A stretch of 42,579 bases of DNA. Origin: an uncultured Oscillospiraceae bacterium. GTDB taxonomy: Bacteria; Bacillota; Clostridia; Acetivibrionales; DTU013. Below are positions 1 through 11,722 of this stretch, piece by piece (the stretch's first letter is position 1; each line of letters opens with the position of its first letter). The notes beneath the pieces were generated by a model that saw only the letters and a list, made by a program, of their open reading frames with translations, did no database searches and was not told the DNA's origin. Where the stretch lies: assembly GCA_964404395.1 (NCBI GenBank), contig CAYOKA010000003.1, positions 1 to 42,579 of the forward strand, written 5' to 3'. The position numbers and the translations under genes are program-made.

Positions 1-70
1 GGGTGACATTTTGTCGCGATAATTATAGAGTGACATTATCACAAGATAAACACACATTTTAATAAGGACA

Positions 71-99
71 TTGACAAACCAATGATCTTAATTTATAAT
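71..99 (+). promoter_or_regulatory. sigma-A type promoter of the his operon
   Basis: TTGACA (71-76), a 17-nt spacer, then TATAAT (94-99). Both hexamers match consensus perfectly. It lies about 95 nt upstream of the hisZ ATG. Confidence 0.6.
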
Positions 100-196
100 T
101 ATTTCAATTCACCAATTTATAAGTTTAGCATGATAAAGCGGTAGAGTGGAGAACGAGCATGCAAGATGATAGAATGTAATCAATGAGGTGAAAAAA

Positions 197-1453
197 ATGT
201 CCAACTGGAAAATCTATACGGCAGATGGGGTGCAAGATATCCTGTTTGAGGACTGTTATCTGAAAAGAGGGCTGGAGCAGAAGTTCAGGTCATTGTTCAC
301 TAGCTGTGGCTTTCGCGAGGTAGAGTCCCCAACAATGGAGTTTTATGATGTTTTTGCGTCTGACGAAGCCGCTATGCCTCAGGAAAATATGTATAAGTTT
401 TTTGACCAGCAGGGCAGGATACTTGTCTTGCGACCGGACATTACAATTCCGGTGGCCAGAATTACTGCGACTAAGTATAGGGAGGCTAGATATCCTCTTA
501 GAGTTTCATATGTGGGAAATGTGTTCAGGTATGATGATTATGGCGGAGGAAAGCAAAATGAGTTTACTCAGGCCGGGATAGAGGTACTGGGCATCAATAC
601 GCCTGAATCCGATGCAGAAGTGATAGCCGTTGCTATACAGGCACTTAAGGCCGCCGGGCTGGAAAGCTTCCAGGTGGATATAGGGCAGGTGGAGTTTTTT
701 AATGGACTGATGGAGGAAACCGGTCTGGCTGAAGAGGATGTAACTAAGGTTCGTACATTAATTGACCGCAAGGATTATGTGGGCTTGGAGGAATTCCTGA
801 AAAGAAGTGAAATCAATGGTGACCTAAAGAAATTGATATCAGATTTGCCCGGATATTTCGGATCAGCCGATGTAATTGAAAAGGTTAAGTCCCAGCTCCT
901 GAATAAAAGATCCAGAGATGCCCTTGAGAATATTCGCCAGGTATTGAAAATACTCTACGACTACGGCTTTGGGAAATATGTTTCTGTGGATCTGGGAATG
1001 CTGCGGGGATTATCTTACGATACCGGAATTATTTTCAGGGGCTTTACTTACGGTGCAGGCTTTCCGATACTCACGGGCGGAAGATACGACAGGCTGGTGG
1101 GAGAGTTCGGCATGAATTGCCCCGCCACCGGGTTTTCACTGGGGGTCAATATGATTATGATGGCCCTTCAAAGGCAGAAAATCGAGATAGAAAAGCCGGG
1201 GATCGACAGTTTCATATGCTATAGGGATACAGGCAGAAGGACTGCATTTGAACTGTGTGCTGAGCTAAGAAAGCAAGGCATTGTCGTGGAGATGGATATA
1301 GCAAACAGCAGCATTGAAGAGGCTAAAGACTATGCTCTTGATAGAAATATCGGAGGAGTTATCAGCATTATTGATGAGGATACGGTAGAAATACATTATA
1401 TACAGTCGGGCGAAGTTGCCAGTGTTAAAATCAGTGAATTATTGAAGAGGTGA
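197..1453 (+). CDS. hisZ: ATP phosphoribosyltransferase regulatory subunit HisZ (HisRS paralogue)
   Basis: ORF 188-1453. It has a class-II aaRS-like core ([35 protein letters not shown]) and sits immediately upstream of a short-form hisG, which requires HisZ. ATG 197 lies 8 nt after GAGG (185-188). GTG 188 is the longest possible start. Confidence 0.85.
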   Translation: MSNWKIYTADGVQDILFEDCYLKRGLEQKFRSLFTSCGFREVESPTMEFYDVFASDEAAMPQENMYKFFDQQGRILVLRPDITIPVARITATKYREARYPLRVSYVGNVFRYDDYGGGKQNEFTQAGIEVLGINTPESDAEVIAVAIQALKAAGLESFQVDIGQVEFFNGLMEETGLAEEDVTKVRTLIDRKDYVGLEEFLKRSEINGDLKKLISDLPGYFGSADVIEKVKSQLLNKRSRDALENIRQVLKILYDYGFGKYVSVDLGMLRGLSYDTGIIFRGFTYGAGFPILTGGRYDRLVGEFGMNCPATGFSLGVNMIMMALQRQKIEIEKPGIDSFICYRDTGRRTAFELCAELRKQGIVVEMDIANSSIEEAKDYALDRNIGGVISIIDEDTVEIHYIQSGEVASVKISELLKR

Positions 1454-2091
1454 GTGGATTGAGATATCTGACCATAGCACTATCCAAGGGAAGATTGGCG
1501 GAATTGTCCATAGAAATGCTGGAGAAGATCGGAATAGATTGTTCGGAATATCGTGATGAATCCCGTAAGCTGATTTTTTCTGATGAGAAAAGCAGGATAA
1601 GGTTTTTCCTTGTAAAGCCTGCGGACGTGCCTACATATGTGGAATACGGTGCGGCCGATATGGGAGTGGTGGGAAAGGATACACTGCTCGAAGAGGGGCG
1701 AAATTTGCATGAGGTTCTCAATCTCGGGTTCGCAGCCTGCCGAATGGTAGTTGCCGGACCTGCGGAATTGGCCGGTAAGCTTGATAGCCTGAACAACAAG
1801 AGAGTCGGAACAAAATATCCCCGTATCGCCAGGGAATATTTTGAACATAATCGACGGGAGTCCATAGAGGTGATCAGGTTAAGCGGATCGGTGGAGCTTG
1901 CCCCGCTGGTAGGGCTTTCGGAGGTTATTGTGGATTTGGTGGAAAGCGGACGTACATTAAAGGATAATGGACTTGTGGTGCTGGATACCATTGCTGATAT
2001 CAGCGCCAGACTTGTGGTGAACAGGGTCAGTATGAAAATGGAAAGCGAAAGAGTTAACGCAATCATAGATGGGCTTAGAAGGCAGCTGTGA
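1450..2091 (+). CDS. hisG: ATP phosphoribosyltransferase, short form (HisG)
   Basis: 213-aa ORF with [10 protein letters not shown] at the N-terminus and GKDTLLE, typical of HisG-S. It overlaps the hisZ stop codon (GTGA at 1450-1453). TTG 1459 is an alternative start. Confidence 0.9.
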   Translation: MSGLRYLTIALSKGRLAELSIEMLEKIGIDCSEYRDESRKLIFSDEKSRIRFFLVKPADVPTYVEYGAADMGVVGKDTLLEEGRNLHEVLNLGFAACRMVVAGPAELAGKLDSLNNKRVGTKYPRIAREYFEHNRRESIEVIRLSGSVELAPLVGLSEVIVDLVESGRTLKDNGLVVLDTIADISARLVVNRVSMKMESERVNAIIDGLRRQL

Positions 2092-2201
2092 GGGAGAAAA
2101 TTTACTTATGACGGAAACGGTGAATGATCACAGGCTGTTTAGTGAAGGAAGGCTTAAAAAGGAAGTTGGAAAAAGAAGGTCCAAAAGGAAGGTCGAATTC
2201 C

Positions 2202-3506
2202 ATGATAAAAATGATTGATATGCGTAAGGATAAGGATTCCGAATTGTTTGACAGGCTAGTCAGCCGGGACAGGGTTGGTAAGGAGGATGCGGTCAAGGTT
2301 GTTGAGGAGATTCTTTCAACTGTCAGAAGCGGTGGAGATGAGGCCTTGCTGGATTATACCGAAAAGTTTGACAAGGTTAAGCTGGACCCTGAATCCATGA
2401 AGGTTTCCGAGCAGGAAATGAAAGAAGCCTACGAGCTTTTGGATCCAGGGATGCTTGAGGTGATTAGAAAATCCAAGGCGAATATTGAGGCCTTTCATGA
2501 GAAGCAAAAGGAGAACTCCTGGTTTTCAACAGAAGATGACGGTGTTTTACTGGGGCAGCTGTACAGGCCTCTTGAGATAGTGGGCATATATGTTCCCGGA
2601 GGGACAGCGGTACTGACATCCTCTGTGTTAATGAATGGACTGCCGGCGAAGGTAGCGGGTGTTGAGAGAATCATCATGGCTACGCCTCCCGGAAAAGATG
2701 GAAGAATAGATCCGGGTGTGTTGATAGCGGCTCAGGAGGCAGGCGTAACTGAGATTTTCAAAATGGGTGGTGCCCAGGCTGTTGCGGCAATGGTTTTTGG
2801 CACGCAGACGGTACCAAGGGTGGATAAGATCTTCGGCCCTGGAAACATCTATGTATCAACGGCAAAAAGGCTTGTTTATGGGTATTGTGACATTGATATG
2901 TTCGCGGGACCAAGTGAAATAACGGTTGTGGCCGATGATTCCGCTAACCCGGCATATGTGGCTGCCGATTTGCTTTCGCAGGCAGAGCATGACGTGCTTT
3001 CGGCCTCTATATTGGTTACGCCTTCAGAGAAGCTGGCGGCCGCGGTTATTAGCGAAATAGAAGAACAGGCGGCAAGGCTGACTAGAAAAAGCATTCTGGA
3101 CAGATCTCTCGCCGATTATGGTGCGGCTGTTATTGTTAACGACCTTGATGAGGCCATGGATATAGTAAACCGGATTGCTCCTGAGCATTTGGAGCTATGC
3201 ATTGAGGAGCCCTTTAGTTGGCTTTCATATATAAGGAATGCCGGAGCCATTTTCCTGGGGCACTGGTCACCGGAGCCGCTGGGTGATTATTTTGCAGGGC
3301 CCAACCATGTTCTGCCGACAGGTGGTACGGCGCGATTCTTCTCCCCTTTGAATGTGTCCGACTATATGAAGAAATCCAGTGTTATTTCATACACAAGACA
3401 GGCGCTGGAGAAAGCCGGCGAGGATGTTGTGCGATTTGCGGAGTATGAGAGCCTGGACGGACATGCAAATGCGATAAAGGTTCGCTTTGGGGAAAAGGCG
3501 GACTGA
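2202..3506 (+). CDS. hisD: histidinol dehydrogenase
   Basis: ORF 2124-3506 with HisD signatures (GGAQAVAAM, LLSQAEHD, APEHLEL, GDYFAGPNHVLPT). ATG 2202 follows AAGGAAGG with a 9-nt spacing. The 26 upstream in-frame codons look like read-through rather than coding sequence. Confidence 0.9.
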   Translation: MIKMIDMRKDKDSELFDRLVSRDRVGKEDAVKVVEEILSTVRSGGDEALLDYTEKFDKVKLDPESMKVSEQEMKEAYELLDPGMLEVIRKSKANIEAFHEKQKENSWFSTEDDGVLLGQLYRPLEIVGIYVPGGTAVLTSSVLMNGLPAKVAGVERIIMATPPGKDGRIDPGVLIAAQEAGVTEIFKMGGAQAVAAMVFGTQTVPRVDKIFGPGNIYVSTAKRLVYGYCDIDMFAGPSEITVVADDSANPAYVAADLLSQAEHDVLSASILVTPSEKLAAAVISEIEEQAARLTRKSILDRSLADYGAAVIVNDLDEAMDIVNRIAPEHLELCIEEPFSWLSYIRNAGAIFLGHWSPEPLGDYFAGPNHVLPTGGTARFFSPLNVSDYMKKSSVISYTRQALEKAGEDVVRFAEYESLDGHANAIKVRFGEKAD

Positions 3507-3588
3507 ATAGACCCGATAACCGAAAGTGGAATGTAAAAGGGAACAGGAAGCGGAAGAAGGTAAATGGAGAGAGAAGGAGATAGTTTTC

Positions 3589-4650
3589 ATGAACAAATAC
3601 TGGAGCGCCCTGGCACAGAGACTGGAGCCTTATGTTCCGGGCGAACAGCCGAGGGATAAAAAATATATCAAGCTCAATACCAATGAAAACCCCTACGGCC
3701 CGTCGCCAAGAGTGCTGGAAGCGATTAGAGGGGCGGTGGATGACAGCCTTAGGCTTTACCCCGATCCGACCTGTGACATGCTTATCAGCGCCGCAGCAGA
3801 GAACTATGGTGTAGGCAGGGATCAGATATTTGCCGGCAATGGCTCCGATGAGGTGCTTGCATTTTCCTTTATGGCCTTCTTTAGTCCCGGGAAGACGATT
3901 GTCTTTCCCAATATTACATACTCCTTCTATCCGGTGTATGCATCGATTTTCAAGCTTGACTATGTTACCACCCCGCTGGACAGTGAATTTAACATACCCT
4001 CCGATCGGCTCATGCACAGCAGCGGAGGTATTATCCTTGCAAATCCCAACGCGCCCACAGGTAAAGCACTGCCCCTCACGGCTATCCGTGATGTGCTGAT
4101 AGGCAATCCGGATACCGTTGTAATTGTTGATGAGGCATATATCGATTATGGCGGAGAGTCGGCAATAGGCTTGATTAACGAATATCCCAATCTGCTGGTG
4201 ATACAGACCTTTTCCAAGTCCCGTGCGCTGGCCGGAATGAGGATTGGCCTTGCATTTGGCGACAAAGAGTTGATTTGTGCACTCGATAGTGTGAAGAATT
4301 CCTTCAATTCCTACACGCTGGACAGGCTGGCCATCGTTGCCGGGACAGCGGCATTAAAGGATGGGGAATATTACAGGCAAACCACAGAAAAAGTCATCAA
4401 GACTCGTGAGGAATTTACGGCTGAGCTTCGCCGAAGGGATTTCATCGTGACGGATTCATCAGCTAACTTTGTGTTTGCTGCACATAAGAATGTGCACGGG
4501 GAAAAGATATTTACCGGGCTGCGGGAACGCGGCATATTAGTACGGCATTTCAAGAAGCCCTTGATAGACAACAATCTGCGAATAAGCATCGGTACAGATG
4601 AAGAAATGTCAGCGGTATTAGCCGCATTAGATAGCATTTTAGGTGAATAG
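3589..4650 (+). CDS. hisC: histidinol-phosphate aminotransferase
   Basis: ORF 3526-4650 with LNTNENPYGPSP and the PLP-lysine motif TFSKSRALAGMRIG. ATG 3589 is preceded by AAGGAGA. Confidence 0.9.
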   Translation: MNKYWSALAQRLEPYVPGEQPRDKKYIKLNTNENPYGPSPRVLEAIRGAVDDSLRLYPDPTCDMLISAAAENYGVGRDQIFAGNGSDEVLAFSFMAFFSPGKTIVFPNITYSFYPVYASIFKLDYVTTPLDSEFNIPSDRLMHSSGGIILANPNAPTGKALPLTAIRDVLIGNPDTVVIVDEAYIDYGGESAIGLINEYPNLLVIQTFSKSRALAGMRIGLAFGDKELICALDSVKNSFNSYTLDRLAIVAGTAALKDGEYYRQTTEKVIKTREEFTAELRRRDFIVTDSSANFVFAAHKNVHGEKIFTGLRERGILVRHFKKPLIDNNLRISIGTDEEMSAVLAALDSILGE

Positions 4651-4726
4651 CAAGCATTGCGGGGTAAGTAGCCCTGTCGCTTACCGATAGAAGAAGAACT
4701 GAATAGCCGGAAAATTTTATATAGTG

Positions 4727-4756
4727 TGGATTTGTAGTACACACATTTGTTATAAT
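4727..4756 (+). promoter_or_regulatory. possible internal promoter ahead of hisB
   Basis: Perfect TATAAT (4751-4756) with an extended -10 TG (4748-4749), and a weak -35 TGGATT (4727-4732) at 18-nt spacing. It lies in the 172-nt hisC-hisB gap. Confidence 0.35.
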
Positions 4757-4822
4757 TACGGATGGTAATAAGTACTAATGATAAATGCAATTAAGGCCAC
4801 CAATAATACACGGAGGTGCAAT

Positions 4823-5410
4823 ATGTCCAGAAGTGCTGAATTGAGCAGAAAAACGGCTGAAACCGACATTATGGTAAAGTTGGATATTGACGGGGAGGGA
4901 AACTCTCTTATCGACTCGGGCATCGGGTTCATGGATCACATGCTGACGCTTTTTTCAAAGCATGGATTGTTGGATCTGGTAATAAAAGCCCGGGGAGACC
5001 TTGAGGTGGATGCTCATCATACTGTTGAGGATATAGGCATAGTACTGGGACAGGCTATAAAGCAAGCCTTGGATGATAAAAAGTCCATAAAAAGATATGG
5101 GACCTCCCATGTGCCGATGGATGAAGCCCTGGCTATGGTTTCTCTAGATCTTGGGGGACGCCCTTATTTGGTATTCAATGTTGAGTACACTAATGAGCGT
5201 GTTGGTGATATGGAGACGGAGCTGGTGGAGGAGTTTTTCAGGGCAGTATCAGTGAATTCGGGCATGAGTGTACATATTAATGTAGTGTACGGAAGCAATA
5301 ATCACCACATTGTTGAGGCGGTGTTCAAGGCATTTGGCAGAGCGCTTGATGAGGCGACCCGAGGCGATCAGCGTATTAAGGGAGTTATGTCTACCAAGGG
5401 CGTTCTTTAG
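4823..5410 (+). CDS. hisB: imidazoleglycerol-phosphate dehydratase
   Basis: ORF 4778-5410 with the IGPD histidine motifs (DAHHTVEDIGIVLG, NNHHIVEAVFKAFGRAL). ATG 4823 lies 6 nt after GGAGG. Confidence 0.9.
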   Translation: MSRSAELSRKTAETDIMVKLDIDGEGNSLIDSGIGFMDHMLTLFSKHGLLDLVIKARGDLEVDAHHTVEDIGIVLGQAIKQALDDKKSIKRYGTSHVPMDEALAMVSLDLGGRPYLVFNVEYTNERVGDMETELVEEFFRAVSVNSGMSVHINVVYGSNNHHIVEAVFKAFGRALDEATRGDQRIKGVMSTKGVL

Positions 5411-5496
5411 GCATACGAAAGAATAACCGGAAATCGGTTGCCATAAATTATTACAGTTCAGGCCTAAGGCTTGAACAGCAAACAGGAGTGAATGAA

Positions 5497-6210
5497 ATGA
5501 TTATTTACCCCGCAATTGATGTGAAAGGCGGTAGATGTGTCAGGTTAAGTCAGGGTAAGTTTACTGATGAAACGGTGTACTCCAATCACCCTGTAGAGGT
5601 GGCGAAAAAGTTCGATCGGCTGGGAGCGGAGTACTTGCATGTAGTTGATTTGGATGGTGCCAGGCTGGGTGAGCCTCAGAACATTGCTGATATAAGTGAA
5701 ATGGCTGTAACGGTGGGGATTCCGATCCAACTGGGCGGCGGTATACGTACGATTGAAGCAATGGAGATTATCCTGTGTAAGGGGATAGAAAGAGTTATTT
5801 TGGGAACCTCTGCCGTGAATAATCAGGAGCTGGTCAAAAAGGCTGTTCAAAGCTTTGGCAAGAACCTGGCCATTGCCATAGATGCCCGGGATGGGATGGT
5901 CGCCACCGAAGGCTGGGCAAAAACGAGTTCATTTGCGGCACTGGACTTTGCAAAGAAAATGGAGAATATAGGCACAAAGGTAATAATCTACACGGATATT
6001 TCCCGGGACGGAATGCTAAACGGCCCCAACCTCAAAGCCATGGAGGAGATGGTAGAGGCTGTTGACATTGAGGTAATAGCTTCCGGTGGTATCACAAGCC
6101 TGCAGGATATTAAGAATTTGAAGGAGATTGGAGTTTCCGGTGCTATTGTCGGTAAGGCAATTTATACAGGTGATATTGACCTTCAGGAGGCGATAGCTGC
6201 AGCCAGGTAA
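5497..6210 (+). CDS. hisA: 1-(5-phosphoribosyl)-5-[(5-phosphoribosylamino)methylideneamino]imidazole-4-carboxamide isomerase
   Basis: ORF 5488-6210. The N-terminus IIYPAIDVKGGRCVRL and the motif ASGGITSLQDI are typical of HisA. ATG 5497 lies 8 nt after AGGAG. Confidence 0.9.
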   Translation: MIIYPAIDVKGGRCVRLSQGKFTDETVYSNHPVEVAKKFDRLGAEYLHVVDLDGARLGEPQNIADISEMAVTVGIPIQLGGGIRTIEAMEIILCKGIERVILGTSAVNNQELVKKAVQSFGKNLAIAIDARDGMVATEGWAKTSSFAALDFAKKMENIGTKVIIYTDISRDGMLNGPNLKAMEEMVEAVDIEVIASGGITSLQDIKNLKEIGVSGAIVGKAIYTGDIDLQEAIAAAR

Positions 6211-6274
6211 ACCATGCACAAGCAGCTTAATCCCCGGGAAAGGGCACTGATAAAAGGAGTAAAGAGGTAGATGT

Positions 6275-7036
6275 ATGAATATAAAACGAATTATTCCCTG
6301 CCTGGATGTTCGCGCAGGGCGTATAGTCAAGGGCGTAAACTTTGTCAATTTCACAGATGCCGGTGATCCGGTTGAAATTGCAGCTTTTTACGATAAAGCG
6401 GGTGCGGATGAGTTGGTGCTTCTTGACATTACGGCGACCACCGATGGGCGCAATATCATGATTGATGTGGTAAAGAGTGTGGCGCAGCGGGTGTCAATAC
6501 CCTTTGCCGTCGGTGGAGGAATAAGAACCTGCGATGATTTTTGTGAAATACTGAAAGCCGGTGCAGATAAGGTTTCGGTGAACTCCGCTGCAATAAAAAG
6601 GCCGGAGCTGATATCTGAGGCGGCTCAGAGGTTTGGGAGCGGGCGTGTAGTGGCTGCCATAGACGCAAAAAAGCGGATTGATGGAAGCGGTTGGGATGTT
6701 TATATCAATGGTGGGAATACCAATACAGGAAGAGATGTTGTTGAATGGGCGGCGCATACAGAAAAGCTGGGTGCAGGTGAAATTCTTCTGACAAGCATGG
6801 ATTGTGACGGTACAAAAAACGGCTATGATATAGAATTAACTAAGGCCGTGGTTGAAAGTGTAAAGATACCGGTTGTTGCTTCGGGAGGGGCCGGTACAAT
6901 GGAGCATTTCTATGATGCTCTGACCGTCGGGAAGGCTGATGCGGTTCTTGCGGCTTCACTTTTCCACTTCCGACAGGTTGAGATATGTGACCTAAAGGCT
7001 TATTTAAAAGAAAAAGGGATTGAAGTGAGGAGATGA
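6275..7036 (+). CDS. hisF: imidazole glycerol phosphate synthase, cyclase subunit
   Basis: 253 aa with [34 protein letters not shown] and ASGGAG, which are classic HisF motifs. Confidence 0.92.
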   Translation: MNIKRIIPCLDVRAGRIVKGVNFVNFTDAGDPVEIAAFYDKAGADELVLLDITATTDGRNIMIDVVKSVAQRVSIPFAVGGGIRTCDDFCEILKAGADKVSVNSAAIKRPELISEAAQRFGSGRVVAAIDAKKRIDGSGWDVYINGGNTNTGRDVVEWAAHTEKLGAGEILLTSMDCDGTKNGYDIELTKAVVESVKIPVVASGGAGTMEHFYDALTVGKADAVLAASLFHFRQVEICDLKAYLKEKGIEVRR

Positions 7037-7037
7037 G

Positions 7038-7787
7038 ATGGCTAATATTCTTGAAATGGTAAAATACAATGCGGATGGCTTGATACCTGCTGTTGCTCAG
7101 GATATCAGAACCGATGAAGTGCTGATGCTGGCATATATGGACGAGGAAGCCCTTAAAATGACGATAGAAACAGGGAAAGTCCATTACTTTAGCAGGAGCA
7201 GACAGAAGCTTTGGCTAAAGGGAGAGACCTCCGGGCACTTTCAGAAGGTAAGATCTATCAGTGTTGACTGCGACAGCGATACGCTGTTGCTCAAGGTAGA
7301 ACAGACAGGTGCAGCCTGCCATACAGGGCACAGATCATGCTTTTTCACCAGGCTGGAGCCTGACGAGTTGAAAGCCGGTGCCACTATTGGCGGCACAGAG
7401 GGCAGCGACACAATAGAAACGTCCCCCTGTGTCACTGAAAAGCTGATGGAGGAAGCGGCAAAGTACCCGGCGGCGGAAAATGCAGAGACTAAATCGGAAC
7501 AAATCGTCGGCGCCGAAGTGATTGGAGAAGTGTTTGATGTCATTTCGGATAGGAAGGCGCATCCCAAGGAAGGCTCCTATACAAATTATCTATTTACAAA
7601 GGGCTTGGATAAGATTCTGAAGAAAATTGGAGAAGAAGCCTGCGAGGTAGTGGTAGCTTCGAAAAATGGAGCCAGAGAAGAGATTAGCTCCGAAATCGCC
7701 GATTTAATGTATCATATCATGGTTCTTTTAGCCGAAAGGGGCATGTCCCTCGATGATATTTACGCTGAATTAAGTAGCAGAAAGTAA
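7038..7787 (+). CDS. hisI: bifunctional phosphoribosyl-AMP cyclohydrolase / phosphoribosyl-ATP pyrophosphatase
   Basis: The N-terminal half has the HisI motif ([19 protein letters not shown]). The C-terminal half is HisE-like ([35 protein letters not shown]). The two halves are joined by an unusually long linker. Confidence 0.9.
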   Translation: MANILEMVKYNADGLIPAVAQDIRTDEVLMLAYMDEEALKMTIETGKVHYFSRSRQKLWLKGETSGHFQKVRSISVDCDSDTLLLKVEQTGAACHTGHRSCFFTRLEPDELKAGATIGGTEGSDTIETSPCVTEKLMEEAAKYPAAENAETKSEQIVGAEVIGEVFDVISDRKAHPKEGSYTNYLFTKGLDKILKKIGEEACEVVVASKNGAREEISSEIADLMYHIMVLLAERGMSLDDIYAELSSRK

Positions 7788-7877
7788 GGTTTGCCGAAAA
7801 TCAATGAGATTCCATAAAATAGCTGGATAAATGGAGCTAATCCGCCTAAAACAGCACAATTTGGCAAAAACGCATAT

Positions 7878-7907
7878 TTGATTACAAATTGGATAATATA
7901 TTATATT
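7878..7907 (+). promoter_or_regulatory. probable groESL promoter
   Basis: TTGATT (7878-7883), an 18-nt spacer, then TATATT (7902-7907). This would put the transcription start just upstream of the CIRCE element, which is the usual arrangement. Confidence 0.45.
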
Positions 7908-7917
7908 ATTAATGTGA

Positions 7918-8263
<346 letters not shown>

Positions 8264-8314
8264 GTCTGCCATGGCTATTATGATTTTATTACGATCTAAT
8301 ATGAATGCAAATAA

Positions 8315-9961
<1,647 letters not shown>

Positions 9962-10008
9962 GAGTAATTAAGTAAAGTAGATTTAGCTATATAAAGGACT
10001 TACATTTA

Positions 10009-10041
10009 AAACGGCATAGTTGCGGTAAGCGACTATGCCGT
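10009..10041 (+). terminator. hairpin after groEL (possible terminator)
   Basis: AACGGCATAGT (10009-10019) pairs with ACTATGCCGTT (10031-10041), giving an 11-bp perfect stem. The downstream U-tract is poor. Confidence 0.45.
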
Positions 10042-10278
10042 TCGCATTAGTATGGCGACCTAAGAGAATAGTTCAGGCCGCCGGCAATAAACAATGCCGG
10101 TGGTCCGGACTGCTAAGGGTTATATCTGAAAAAGAATGGGAAATCAACACCGCAGAAGGCAAATCCTTTTGCGGCGTTGCTGGTTACATATTTGGTCGCG
10201 GCGGTTTTGACAGTTATTGCATCACTGTTTTATAGACATTATTGGTAGTGCATAGTTGATTTTATGCTTGCAGCATTA

Positions 10279-10307
10279 TTGTTTATCCCATACAAGTATG
10301 GTAAAAT
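10279..10307 (+). promoter_or_regulatory. promoter for the 10384 membrane-protein gene
   Basis: TTGTTT (10279-10284), a 17-nt spacer, then TAAAAT (10302-10307), preceded by an extended -10 TG (TGgTAAAAT). Confidence 0.5.
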
Positions 10308-10383
10308 CTATTTTACAGACTTTAGCGGTTTTTTGTATTGATAATAGACATTCCGAAGATTTAAATATTAGGAGGACTAAATA

Positions 10384-10914
10384 ATGGATAACTACATGGA
10401 AAAACTGGTGGCAAAAAAGAGAACTGCAGTTGATGCTTTAATTACGGCAGGGATTGTACTGTTAGCTATGGTGTTGATTGTGCTCATACTGTCGATACAG
10501 GTGATCCAGCAGCTGGGCATTGGCTTAATATTAGTAGTATTGATTATCTATCTGGGCTACAGATTTATTACTTCTAGAAATGTGGAATATGAATATATTG
10601 TTACTAATGGAGATTTGGATATCGATAAAATTATTTCCAGACGCAAGAGAAAGAGGATTTTCAGCGCAAACTGCAAGGAATTTGATATAGTTTCCCCTGT
10701 GAAGAGCAATAGCTTCAGTCAGTCCGTACAGGCAATAAAAAGCAGAATCGATGCATCAGGATCCATTGATTCACCGGATGCTTATTTTATCACACTAAAT
10801 TACAATGGCGAAAAGACAGTTGTAATATTTGAGCCTAGTGAAAGAATGCTGAAAAATTTCAAGTTTTATATCCCCAGAAAGGTGTTTTTGTCAGATGATC
10901 ATAAGGGGATATGA
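10384..10914 (+). CDS. hypothetical small membrane protein (two predicted TM helices)
   Basis: 176-aa ORF preceded by AGGAGG. It has two hydrophobic helices (ITAGIVLLAMVLIVLILS, LGIGLILVVLIIYLGY) followed by a soluble tail. I recognise no catalytic motif. Confidence 0.6.
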   Translation: MDNYMEKLVAKKRTAVDALITAGIVLLAMVLIVLILSIQVIQQLGIGLILVVLIIYLGYRFITSRNVEYEYIVTNGDLDIDKIISRRKRKRIFSANCKEFDIVSPVKSNSFSQSVQAIKSRIDASGSIDSPDAYFITLNYNGEKTVVIFEPSERMLKNFKFYIPRKVFLSDDHKGI

Positions 10915-10954
10915 TGCTGGCATAGTTCAAATATAGTTTCGTTGAGGTGATATT

Positions 10955-11617
10955 ATGCCTTTTACAGTAGAAATTGGATTGCGGCTGTTGCTTTCTGTAG
11001 CACTTGGGGGATTGATTGGCTATGAGAGAGAGCATACAAAAAGACCGGCGGGGTTTAGAACCCACATTCTTGTGTGTGTGGGGGCGGCTCTTGTTATGGT
11101 GACATCCGAGTTTGTATTCAGCAAATATACCGGCTTGGCAAGCATCGATCCTACAAGGCTGGGGGCTCAGGTTATCAGTGGTATAGGATTTCTTGGTGCC
11201 GGTACAATTATCCGTGATGGAGTCACTGTACGTGGACTCACAACAGCAGCGAGCCTGTGGGCTGTTTCCTGCGTCGGTCTTGCTGTGGGAGCGGGCTTTT
11301 ATAGCGGAGCTGTCATAGCTACCATTTTTGTTTATTTGATACTTATCGGTCTCAAGGGGACAGAAAGCCGTTTTACGAGAAAAAACAGGCATAGGACATT
11401 TATCGTGGAATCAGATGGCGCTTCCGGCCTGGTAGGCGCGGTATGCGGTTTACTGGAGCAAAATAAAATTGATTTGAAAAATGTGCAGTTATATAAAAGC
11501 CAGGAAGGCGGGCAGAGGATTAAGTTGCTGGTGAAAATGCCGGGAAGTACAGTCGATATGCAAATACTCAGCGATATTCAAGCGTTGGATGGAGTGCAGA
11601 AGATTTACGAGGAGTAA
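10955..11617 (+). CDS. MgtC/SapB family membrane protein
   Basis: Carries LGGLIGYEREHTKRPAGFRTHILVCVGAAL and GAQVISGIGFLGAGTI, the MgtC-family signature, plus a soluble C-terminal domain. Confidence 0.85.
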   Translation: MPFTVEIGLRLLLSVALGGLIGYEREHTKRPAGFRTHILVCVGAALVMVTSEFVFSKYTGLASIDPTRLGAQVISGIGFLGAGTIIRDGVTVRGLTTAASLWAVSCVGLAVGAGFYSGAVIATIFVYLILIGLKGTESRFTRKNRHRTFIVESDGASGLVGAVCGLLEQNKIDLKNVQLYKSQEGGQRIKLLVKMPGSTVDMQILSDIQALDGVQKIYEE

Positions 11618-11660
11618 AGGGTGGTACTTCGATATATAAAGCAAATAAACAATAGGATGG

Positions 11661-11690
11661 GCGGTATGGTCTAAACCATGCCGCTTTTGA
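11661..11690 (+). terminator. rho-independent terminator between the MgtC-family gene and the P-type ATPase gene
   Basis: GCGGTATGGT (11661-11670) pairs with ACCATGCCGC (11675-11684), giving 10 bp including one G-U pair. The loop is CTAA and the stem is followed by TTTTG. Confidence 0.65.
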
Positions 11691-11722
11691 ATAAAAATAG
11701 GGCATAGACCTACGATAAAGGG

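Noticed and set aside
100-196. Possible T-box or attenuator leader in front of hisZ.
   Set aside because: The leader is only about 90 nt. It has no T-box sequence, no specifier-loop architecture, no His-rich leader peptide and no terminator hairpin.
1431-2066. Long antisense ORFs opposite conserved genes. Examples: 1431-2066, 3382-4017, 10859-11392, 19042-19713, 21147-21755, 32610-33167, 35106-35531, 36786-37217 and 41870-42427, all on the - strand.
   Set aside because: Each lies fully inside a + strand gene with unmistakable family motifs. Their translations are low-complexity (S/T/L/P-rich) and they lack RBSs. They are shadow ORFs.
2124-2201. N-terminal in-frame extensions of the longest ORFs (hisD 2124, hisC 3526, hisB 4778, groES 7934, ilvB 26985, rplK 34752, rplJ 36164, the ATPase 14552, and others).
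   Set aside because: The downstream starts have proper Shine-Dalgarno spacing and give canonical N-termini. Several extensions would run through operators, terminators or promoters: CIRCE for groES, the L10-leader terminator for rplJ, and the -10 box for the ATPase gene.
10035-10235. 66-codon ORF in the groEL-downstream spacer.
   Set aside because: It has no RBS, starts inside the groEL hairpin, and its composition is not protein-like. I treat the region as possible RNA or non-coding sequence.
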